Shown: piece after piece, positions 31,399-39,593 of the stretch
Position numbering within the stretch: position 1 is the first letter of the stretch
Layout of the letters: each line of letters begins with the position of its first letter
Virus record (IMG/VR): IMGVR_UViG_3300045973_000169
Span: 1-64,000 of that record
Length of the DNA stretch: 64,000 nucleotides
Reading direction: 5' to 3' (one strand)
Notes under the pieces: model-generated
What the model saw: the letters and a program-made list of their open reading frames with translations, nothing else
Databases searched by the model: none
What the model was told of the DNA's origin: nothing
Made by a program: the position numbers and the translations under genes

Positions 31399-31530
31399 GG
31401 GATTAGTAGAAAATTGGTAAATCGGGGTGAGCCCATGAGGGTAACCTGTCACTGTCTAACAGGGATAAATGAGTAGTTTTAAATAATGAAAATCTATTCG
31501 TTGTAGGTTCGAGTCCTACCTATCTCACCA
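31399..31530 (+). ncRNA. Expanded tRNA-like RNA (Asp GTC-like loop)
   Basis: tRNA-like ends (GGGATTAG...CTATCTC-ACCA), TGGTA D-loop, GTAGG-TTCGAGT-CCTAC T arm. The interior has three hairpins, including CCTGT-CACTGTCTA-ACAGG. Confidence 0.6.
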
Positions 31531-31868
31531 ATAAAAGGAGACGTATGGCAACAAAAGAATTATATATAGTTATTGTGAATGGAGGAGATGGGAGTTATTC
31601 TTCTCAATATACATTCAATAAAGAGTTCATAGATAAAATGGAAAAGATGGAAGCTGAAAGTGATCCTGATTTTGATTATGAAAGTTATTCTGATGGTGAT
31701 GGTTTCCACTATGATGTGTTAACTGTTCCTGAAGAATGTACTCTTGAATCACTTGGGGTCACTTATGATTTTGCAAAGGATTGGTAAATGTCATTTGCAG
31801 GTTGTGGTGAATGTGGACAAGTATGTATGTCTCCATGCATTATGCTATTTTTGATGAAGGAGAATAAA

Positions 31869-32282
31869 GTGTTACATGTTGGATTTACTGGTACTCAGTC
31901 AGGGATGACAGAGCAACAGTATAAAATAGTAAGTGGTTTGCTTCGTCAGCTTAAACCAACTCATGCTCATCATGGTGATTGTGTTGGAGCAGATGCTGAT
32001 TTTCATAACATCTGCAGAAGTATGCAAACAAAGATACAAATGGTAGGACATCCTCCTATTAAAAAGAATAAACGTGCTAATTGTGAGTTTGATATTCTTC
32101 GTGAGACTAAAGAGTATCTTGTTCGCAATCATGACATTGTTGATGAATCAACCATAATGGTTTCTACCCCATTTGGTCCTGAAGAACTTCGATCCGGAAC
32201 ATGGTCGACTATTCGTTATGCAAAAAGAAAAAAAGTTAAACTCTACATTGTATGGCCTGATGGCCGAATTGAGGAACACTGA
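31869..32282 (+). CDS. SLOG superfamily (YspA/DprA-like) nucleotide-binding protein
   Basis: VGFTG, HGDCVGAD, RNHDIVD, SGTWSTIRYA; AAGGAG SD before GTG 31869. Confidence 0.75.
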   Translation: MLHVGFTGTQSGMTEQQYKIVSGLLRQLKPTHAHHGDCVGADADFHNICRSMQTKIQMVGHPPIKKNKRANCEFDILRETKEYLVRNHDIVDESTIMVSTPFGPEELRSGTWSTIRYAKRKKVKLYIVWPDGRIEEH

Positions 32283-33762
32283 TGGATATTAATATTGAGA
32301 TTGAGTTAAAAAGAGATTCTACTAACTCATATCCTGGTAAAGTTAAGATTAATAATGCTAGTGATGGCAGAGTTAGATTAGCTTTAATAAATCCTGATAG
32401 AATTATTATATTGGATGGGAAAGAACTTACTCAAGCCATAAGTATTGTTATAGGAGAAAACTTATGAAAGGTGATGTTGTGTTATTGCCTGGAGATGTTG
32501 TCTTATTGTCTTTAGAAGAGAAGCCAACATCATTCTGCCATATAATCGACGTTCAATCAGATCCTGATTGTGTTAGTGGTATAGGATTTCATGTTACATT
32601 TAATCATCTTCAATTACCGGTTACTCAAATGACTTGGAAACTTAATCAGGATCATCTTAATCTTGGATGGACTATGGGTGGACAATTCATGAAATTTGAT
32701 TTGGTAAGTACACCAGTTAAACCTGTTGAAAAGAAAAAAGCAGAAGCTGTTAAAGTGGAAGATAACGAATTTATATGAAAGGATAACAAATGGCAGATGG
32801 TAAAGTTTACCCTATTGTCCCTGGCTTAAAGATGATAGGAGAAAAGGGCATAGAACGAATAGAATCGCTTGATGAAGCCTTTTTAATTCGTCTCTATGGT
32901 CATACTAAGGATTGTGTTCAGAAGATCCTTATACGCAAAATCTGTGAGCTTAAAGGGTATAATCTTGTTGTTGATGACAATGATCCTCTTATAGCTTAAA
33001 AAGGAAAGAATATGATTAATGTAATACTCTGTATAGTTTTAGCTGTACCATTTATTGCTATTTTTGGGACTGTCTTTTATAAGGTCTTTATCAAAAATGA
33101 AGTGCTAGATGGGGATATGGAAGACTTTGTTGGTGCTGAACCCGAACTTTCTGAGTTCGGAGAAATTACAATCGAGGAGACTGCTGATGGCGAAGAAGGA
33201 GTATAGTATTGAGAAGGTTGTTGCTGAAGTTTCAAGGCGCACAAAGATGGCTGGTAAAGTCATCGATGTTAAACGTGGTTCTGTTGGGATTGCTTTTCTT
33301 GGCAAGTTGGATTTTCTTGGTAAGATGGGCTATATTGTCCGTTTTGTTGGGTAAGTAATATGTATCCAGAATGGTATGGCCGCTTTAGTAGAATAGTAGG
33401 AAAAGACTTTGTTGTAAAGTTTATTGAAAGATGTATTGGGACAGTTGTTTGGGCTGAACCAGATGCTTCACATAAGGTTGGTGAATTCAGAAATGATTGG
33501 CTGACTGAAGCATTCACAAAAATTGATTATGAAAAGGAAAAAGAAATGGGAAAATTAAAAAAAGGTGATATCATCATTGGTAGTCAGCATAAGACTACCG
33601 GAGCAATCAGTATTGCTGCTGAACCAAAAGTTCACACAAATCTGCTTACTGCACAGCAGGAAGGCGAGCGTCTCGCCAAAGTTACAACTGACAAGAAGTT
33701 TGTTGTCCTTGAAGTAAAAGGTGTTGTCTCAGTAGCTACAACTATCTGGGAATAAGAAATAC

Positions 33763-33885
33763 AGCGCGATAGGCCAATAGGTAGGCCCCGAGAAATCAAG
33801 TGTCTCTGTATAAGAGAACGTTCGGCAATCAAAACTTTCACTCTTAATGACGAAATTCCAGGTTCGAGTCCTGGTCGCGCTGTCA
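33763..33885 (+). tRNA. tRNA-Lys(CTT)-like RNA with a ~48-nt insert between the D and anticodon arms
   Basis: AGCGCGA/TCGCGCT acceptor, GGCC-AATAGGTA-GGCC D arm, TCA-CTCTTAA-TGA anticodon arm, CCAGG-TTCGAGT-CCTGG T arm; no encoded CCA. Confidence 0.7.
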
Positions 33886-33944
33886 AATTTTAAGATAGCT
33901 TAAACGGTAGAGTATTACAGTTATTAACATGTAAGATACAATAC

Positions 33945-34460
33945 ATGGAGGTAACTGTAATGCCAACTTGCATAAAATGTAATGATGTTTTTCCTGTCTG
34001 GATGTGGATAGATGGAAAAAAGAAAAATTTAAATAATAGAAAATATTGCATTGAATGTTCTCCTTTTGGGTCACGTAATACAAAAAAACTTGAATTAGAA
34101 GATGATTCTCCTTTTAAGATTTGTATTGTTTGTAAAAAGCAATTTGAATATATAAGAGAGAAAGGACATAGAAAAACAAAATGTAATTCTTGCCACACAA
34201 GAGAAAAAAATCAGTCTGTTAAAATAAGAGCGGTTAATTATCTTGGTGGAAAATGTTCTATTTGTGGTTATAAGAAGAACTATAGTGCATTATCTTTTCA
34301 TCATAAAGATATAACACAAAAAGATTTTCCTATAGCTAATAGTAAAGGGTTAAAATGGGAGCTTATGCAAAATGAACTTGATAAGTGTGTTCTACTTTGC
34401 TCTAACTGCCATGCAGAATTACATTATCCAAGTCTTGATGTACAAAGTTATCTGTTTTAA
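33945..34460 (+). CDS. HNH endonuclease (same family as 30912-31253)
   Basis: LGGKCSICGY...FHH...KDF...ELDKCVLLCSNCH. Confidence 0.88.
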   Translation: MEVTVMPTCIKCNDVFPVWMWIDGKKKNLNNRKYCIECSPFGSRNTKKLELEDDSPFKICIVCKKQFEYIREKGHRKTKCNSCHTREKNQSVKIRAVNYLGGKCSICGYKKNYSALSFHHKDITQKDFPIANSKGLKWELMQNELDKCVLLCSNCHAELHYPSLDVQSYLF

Positions 34461-34487
34461 AAATTCAAAACTCAAAAAGGAAAAGAA

Positions 34488-35117
34488 ATGGCAAGAGAAA
34501 TTACAGTTTGTGAGGCGCTAAAAGAGTTGAAGACTCTTGATGCACGTATCAATAAAACAACCAAAGATGCACTGTTTATCACTGTTTCTGTTGGTGGTAA
34601 GTTGCCTGTTGGACAGAAGTCTGAAACTGACTTCGAGACCAAAGCTAAAGGTTCCTTGCAGTCGATCAGAGATCTGATTGCACAACGCAATGAGATTAAA
34701 GCTTCTATCGTTGCTTCTAATGCAGTTACCAATGTTACTGTTGGTAATATTCAGTACACTGTTGCTGGTGTTATTGAGCGTAAGAAGTCAATTGAATACG
34801 AAAAGGAGCTTGTAAAGGCTTTTGGTCTTCAGTTGCTTAAGGCATTACGTGAAATCGAGAATACTAATGCGAGAGCATCACAGGTTCTTGATGGCCATAT
34901 CTCTACTATCCTTGGTAAGGATGCCAAAGAAAAGGGCGGTAAAGAAGTTGATGACTTCACTGCTCAGTTCATGGCAAGGAATGAAGCAAAGGTTGTTGAT
35001 CCGATCAATGTGAAAGAGGAACTTGATAAACTGGATGCTTCAGTTAGAGAGTTCGAAGCAAATGTTGATACAGCTTTATCTATCAGCAATGCTACAACAA
35101 AGATCACTGTGAAATAA
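34488..35117 (+). CDS. Coiled-coil protein, DIP1984/septicolysin-like pattern
   Basis: 'EALKELKTLDARI', 'I..SNA.T.V', C-terminal 'VD.ALS.SNATT.I'. Confidence 0.55.
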   Translation: MAREITVCEALKELKTLDARINKTTKDALFITVSVGGKLPVGQKSETDFETKAKGSLQSIRDLIAQRNEIKASIVASNAVTNVTVGNIQYTVAGVIERKKSIEYEKELVKAFGLQLLKALREIENTNARASQVLDGHISTILGKDAKEKGGKEVDDFTAQFMARNEAKVVDPINVKEELDKLDASVREFEANVDTALSISNATTKITVK

Positions 35118-35123
35118 TAGTTC

Positions 35124-35463
35124 TATCCTTGGCTATACGAAAACGATTAATAAAGATACCTTCTCATAATAGGTTAATTATGAACTTCGACTTGATATCG
35201 GATCATAATTTTGACTGTCTAATACACATGATAAATTATATTTAAGCGCGTAGCGCTCATCTAAAAGCTCAGGTACATCAGGAGTTAGGTTACAAGAATC
35301 ATTTAAACTGCGTAGAAGCCTTTCGTGGGTGGAGCGGGATTCAAGTCTTTTTAGTTCAAGATATAAGACTTATGTTTACATGATTCGATAAAACCCATGA
35401 ATTATTTTATAAGCATTTATCTTTTAAGCTTTTCGTTTGTACATGGCTGTATAGCCAGGGATA
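35124..35463 (+). ncRNA. Putative ~340-nt structured RNA
   Basis: Closing 15-bp helix TATCCTTGGCTATAC/GTATAGCCAGGGATA (one G-U), inner helix GAAAA..TTAATAAAGATA/TATCTTTTAA..TTTTC; ORF-free. Confidence 0.7.
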
Positions 35464-35476
35464 TAATATAAATTTA

Positions 35477-35554
35477 AGACTAGTTTCTGCAAACCACACA
35501 AACATGAGAAGCCCTGAACTGGGCAAAGTGGGGTAGAGGGAGAGAACTAGTCTG
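35477..35554 (+). ncRNA. Stem-C(A/T)GCAA element 1 (in the 5' leader of the DUF2828 gene)
   Basis: TAAG-start, AGACTAGTT/AACTAGTCT stem, CTGCAA, A/C-rich linker, ends CTG. Confidence 0.65.
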
Positions 35555-35600
35555 TTAAAATCAATCTTCCTCTACCTCACCCAAATTAAAGGAGAGAAAA

Positions 35601-36977
35601 ATGGCTGCAAAATATACATTAACAGAAAATGGGGCTAAGACCCTATCCGATAGTGGCAATCCTTTAGTGAATTTGTTTTTTACTATTGGGTCTGCTCGTA
35701 ATAACCCTGAAGTAACAAGAGCTAACTTTAAGAAAGCTTTTGAGTTTGATGCATTGAGAGCTTCTGCTATAGTTCTTTGTGCTCGTGATATTCGTCATAA
35801 TGGTATGGGCGAACGTCAGATCTTTCGTACGCTTCTTAAAGACATGGCTGGTAGTGGTAAGATCTATACTCAGAAGATAGTTGAGCTTATCCCTGAGATT
35901 GGCCGTTTTGATGACCTCAAAGCAGTTGAAGGTACTGTTTATGAGAAGATGGCTATTGATATCTTTGCTAAGGCTATCCGTGAGCGTAATGTTCTTGCTG
36001 CTAAATGGGCAAAGCGTGAAGATAAGAAACTTCAGTTAGCTTTAGGGCTGAATGAAGCTGGACTCCGTAAGCTCTTAGCATCAATTCGCAAAGAGCATAT
36101 CGTTGAGGCCAAGATGTGTCTTAAGGACTGGAAATCTATCGAGTATGGTAAAATTCCTTCAGTTGCTGGTACACGTTATTCAAAAGCATTTCATAAGAAT
36201 GATGGTATTCGTTATCGTGCTTTCATTGATAACCCTGATACTAAGGTGAATGCATCTGCTTCTTTCCCTTATGATGTATATCGTATGTGGAGTAGCAGAA
36301 CTTGTCAGCCTCCTGAGATTAACAAGTATTGGAATAATCTGAAAGAGCTTGAGCTTTCAGGTAGTGTCCTTGCTATTGTTGATACATCAGATTCTATGAC
36401 TTGGTTTAAGGTTGCTGGTAGCCTTGTTCCAAGGGATATTGCTGTATCATTGGGCGTCTACTGTGCTCAGAAGATTGAGGGTAAGTTCAAGAATAATATG
36501 ATGACCTTCAATTCTAACCCTGAGTTCTTTACATTGCCTACAGGTGATGTATGTCAGGCATTTGATAAGGTAATGAGATCCAATATTGGTGGCAGTACTA
36601 ACATTCAGAAAGCTTATGAGAAGATTCTTTCCATGGCTCAGACTGTTAATGCTACTGATAAGGATATGCCTAAGTTCATCCTTATTATATCTGATATGCA
36701 GTTTAATGGCTGCACAGATAGACCTTCTGATACTGTCTATGACAATATGAGAAAGAAATATAAGGCTGCTGGATTCACTATGCCTAAAGTGATATTCTGG
36801 AATATGGATGCTCGTCATGATCAGTATCCTACTGCTTCATTTCAGAAAGAAACTGCTTTAATTAGTGGTTTTAGTCCTAATATTCTCAAGGCAGTTCTTA
36901 AGGGGCAAGATGTTGTTATCACCCCTGAAGGAATAATGAATGAGGCAATTGCTCCATTCATTGAGATGTTAAAATAG
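35601..36977 (+). CDS. DUF2828-family helical + vWA (MIDAS) protein, Ro60/TROVE-like by inference
   Basis: TENGA, RDIR..G.GER..FR, G..DDL, LAAKW..RE, MIDAS DTSDS, ISDMQF, VIFWN, SGFSP. Confidence 0.8.
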   Translation: MAAKYTLTENGAKTLSDSGNPLVNLFFTIGSARNNPEVTRANFKKAFEFDALRASAIVLCARDIRHNGMGERQIFRTLLKDMAGSGKIYTQKIVELIPEIGRFDDLKAVEGTVYEKMAIDIFAKAIRERNVLAAKWAKREDKKLQLALGLNEAGLRKLLASIRKEHIVEAKMCLKDWKSIEYGKIPSVAGTRYSKAFHKNDGIRYRAFIDNPDTKVNASASFPYDVYRMWSSRTCQPPEINKYWNNLKELELSGSVLAIVDTSDSMTWFKVAGSLVPRDIAVSLGVYCAQKIEGKFKNNMMTFNSNPEFFTLPTGDVCQAFDKVMRSNIGGSTNIQKAYEKILSMAQTVNATDKDMPKFILIISDMQFNGCTDRPSDTVYDNMRKKYKAAGFTMPKVIFWNMDARHDQYPTASFQKETALISGFSPNILKAVLKGQDVVITPEGIMNEAIAPFIEMLK

Positions 36978-37173
36978 ACCAGCCGAGCCTATGCTCTACC
37001 TAGTAGGATTCTTTCTGGGATTTGAACCCAGCAGAAGATACAAAGTGATTGAGTAAGCTCAAATAGGATTCATGAAGGTACTGCAGTGCATCATGATTAA
37101 CTGGTTGCGAATTAGTAGAGAGGGACTGTTGCTATTACGATTGAGCTTTACGTGTATAGATGCTTGTCCCTCT
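36978..37173 (+). ncRNA. Multi-hairpin structured RNA
   Basis: ACCAG/CTGGT closing helix with internal hairpins (TCTTTCTGGG/CCCAGCAGAAGA, TTGAG/CTCAA, TCATGA/TCATGA), then an AGAGGGAC/GTCCCTCT hairpin. Confidence 0.45.
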
Positions 37174-37180
37174 AGTTTTT

Positions 37181-37364
37181 GGGCACATGACGAAATGGTA
37201 AACGTGAGAGGAAAGTATATACTTAGTATTTATTTAATAAGTGGATTAATTGCCCATAAGTTAATTATTAGAAAAGTATATGACTACCTCTTGGTGATGA
37301 TGGTGACGGCTAGCCTTTATTATGTCATCTAGCCTTACAGGTTCGAGTCCTGGGGTGCCTACCA
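37181..37364 (+). ncRNA. Expanded tRNA-like RNA (184 nt)
   Basis: GGGCAC/GTGCCT-ACCA acceptor, ACG-AAATGGTAAA-CGT D arm, AGAGG/CCTCT anticodon stem extended by an ~80-nt AT-rich hairpin, long variable arm, CAGG-TTCGAGT-CCTG T arm. Confidence 0.65.
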
Positions 37365-37376
37365 ATAATAAATTTA

Positions 37377-37625
37377 AGAGAGATTACAGCAAACAAAAAC
37401 TTTTTTTAGACAAAAAACGATAGGGTTCGATTCCCCTAAGCCGGGTGGTGGTGAGATTTCTCTCTGTATTAAATTAGTAGATATATAAGGATCCATTCAG
37501 CAACTAAAAACTTTTTTAATTGATAAAAAAACAAAAAGTGATCCTGTCTTAAAGATATATAAGGAAGAGTTCAGCAATCCAAAAAACAATCAAATGCTAA
37601 CTTGAAAATGTTAAAAATCTTCCTG
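37377..37625 (+). repeat. Tandem array of three stem-CAGCAA-anticodon-loop elements (37377-37466, 37488-37546, 37562-37625)
   Basis: Each has TAAG start, a covarying stem (AGAGAGA/TCTCTCT, AGGATC/GATCCT, AGGAAGA/TCTTCCT), CAGCAA, AAAAAC, a small hairpin, and a CTG end. Confidence 0.8.
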
Positions 37626-37968
37626 TTTTAATTAAGGTTGTAGGTTATCCAGTATCAAAACCTTCTGCGAATAGATTTTATACGACTTGGCGATTAGGAA
37701 ACTTAAGCGTTACTTTAGAGTATCGAAAGTCCTAGTCCAAATCCAATTAATACGATGACAGCTATTTTAATAATATACCTTGGCACTAGGCGACAAAGGA
37801 CACTGTTATTAATTTAGGGCGATGTGATTATTAATTGAACAACAGTATGCCAATTCATACTGTAATTAATACTGTACGAGCAGTATAAAAGCAGATTGGT
37901 CTCTACTGCTTAACTGGGGCGAAGGACTCAGCAAAAAATGGAGACTACTTAATTAGTTAAGAGGTATT

Positions 37969-38439
37969 ATGAAAGGTAATAAAAAGATCATCGAGACTCT
38001 GAACACAAGACTTGGAGAAGAGTTAACAGCTATTCACCAATATGTAGTTCATTCTCAAATGGTAGAAAATTGGGGCTATAGTAAACTTTCTAAGTATATT
38101 ATGGACCGAGCAAAAGATGAGATGCGCCATGCAGAAATGCTTATGGAACGTATTGTATTCCTTGAAGGTGCACCAGATACAACTAAATTGGGACCTATTG
38201 CAATTGGGCCTAAAGTACCTGATATGTTCAAAAATGATCATTCATCAGAAGTAACAGCAATAAAGAATTATAATGAAAGTATTAAACTTGCAGTAGCTGA
38301 AGGAGATAATGGAACAAGAGAAATCTTAGAGTCTATTCTTCGTGATGAAGAAGGTCACATTGATGCTATCGAAGCCAATCTTTCTCAGCTTGAACAAATG
38401 GGAACTCAGATTTATCTTGCTGAACAACTAGAGGACTAA
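37969..38439 (+). CDS. bfr: Bacterioferritin
   Basis: MKG...ELTAIHQY..H...NWG, DEMRHAE (heme Met), FLEG, DEEGHID ferroxidase ligands. Confidence 0.93.
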   Translation: MKGNKKIIETLNTRLGEELTAIHQYVVHSQMVENWGYSKLSKYIMDRAKDEMRHAEMLMERIVFLEGAPDTTKLGPIAIGPKVPDMFKNDHSSEVTAIKNYNESIKLAVAEGDNGTREILESILRDEEGHIDAIEANLSQLEQMGTQIYLAEQLED

Positions 38440-38879
38440 TATGGATCTCTTAGCTTTTTTTAAGCTTGTAGTAGTAGGAGCTATTGCTTGGTTTAGTGCG
38501 CCATTTATAATGGTATTAGCATTCTTAACTTTAGCATTTGGTCTCTACTTGTCTGTTGATTTTATTGGTTGGGTGTTATATCATTGGTATACATTCAAGA
38601 AAAAGATGACAAATTATAAAAGAAAATAACCCGCCTTCAATAAGGTGAAAACTGTTCTGGAAGTATCTGTGATAGTTGTTTACCTTACCATTCTAAAACT
38701 CTATCACAGAGCTTCCTATATCTAATAGGGAGAATATATATGAAATCCAAAAAACTTAATCCGCTTGAACTTGCAATAAAAGAATTGAAGAAACACCCTG
38801 ACTATATGAATACTGGTAACTTTATAACTGCTCCTGGGGGTAAGAAGCTTGAAGTGCTTGACTTACGAGGTCAATACTA

Positions 38880-39320
38880 ATGAGTGATTTGTCTATGTTT
38901 GAAGTTAGAGACTATGATGATAAACTTAGAGGATGGGTTAATCCACAGCTTATAGCTAAGATGAAAGTATCTCTGGCTAATCTTGAATGTATTAAAGCTC
39001 TCCATCTTAGAAGGTATCATATCTTTGATGAGATGAGAACTCTTGATGAAGAAAGTATGGGTTATAAGAAGATAGCTAGACCTATGCTTAAAGAATTAAC
39101 TCAGATTGAATTTGATTTACAGGAAGCATGGGGCTTTCCTAAAGATAGTAACTTTCATAGGTTCTGGGATATTCCAGGATGTACTTGTCCTACCATTGAT
39201 AACAATGAAAGGATTGGTACTGGTTACTTTATTATTAACGGTGGATGTCCATTACATGGAGGAGACATTGGCAAAGAGAAAAGTGAAGAAGTTGAAACTG
39301 GGAGTGATACTGCCGCCTAA
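38880..39320 (+). CDS. Conserved phage protein (LQ.AWGF.D..FH..W..PGCTCP.DN)
   Basis: Motif familiar from large phages; function unknown. Confidence 0.55.
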   Translation: MSDLSMFEVRDYDDKLRGWVNPQLIAKMKVSLANLECIKALHLRRYHIFDEMRTLDEESMGYKKIARPMLKELTQIEFDLQEAWGFPKDSNFHRFWDIPGCTCPTIDNNERIGTGYFIINGGCPLHGGDIGKEKSEEVETGSDTAA

Positions 39321-39593
39321 ATTAAGATTTATATTACCTCCTAATAAAGCCCATAAAACTGGGAAAGATTATGATAGGAAGAAGGAGAAGAACGTTGACA
39401 ATAATCCTTGATGAATATTATAAGTTCTATCGTAATTGGCATCAGAATCAGAAGCATCAATTACGTTTAGGGCAAGCTTTTTGGAATAAGTATCTTACTC
39501 ATGCTACACAGGAAGAGGATATATTATTCTATGAGCCAAATACTGGTAAGGCTGAAGAGATTATCTTTAAGCATTATATAACGGAGCTTAAAA

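Noticed and set aside
37017-37033. T-arm-like CTGGGTTCAAATCCCAG on the minus strand
   Set aside because: No accompanying acceptor or D/anticodon arms; better explained as a hairpin in the plus-strand fold.
37072-37332. 86-aa ORF
   Set aside because: It overlaps a tRNA-shaped RNA and hairpins and has no SD; likely spurious.
37377-37625. Possible CRISPR array
   Set aside because: Units are not identical direct repeats with unique spacers; the stems covary, and there are no cas genes in the window.
37632-37670. Riboswitch-like GTAGGTTATCC...AAAACCT hairpin
   Set aside because: It does not match any aptamer consensus I can verify (preQ1, SAM, c-di-GMP).
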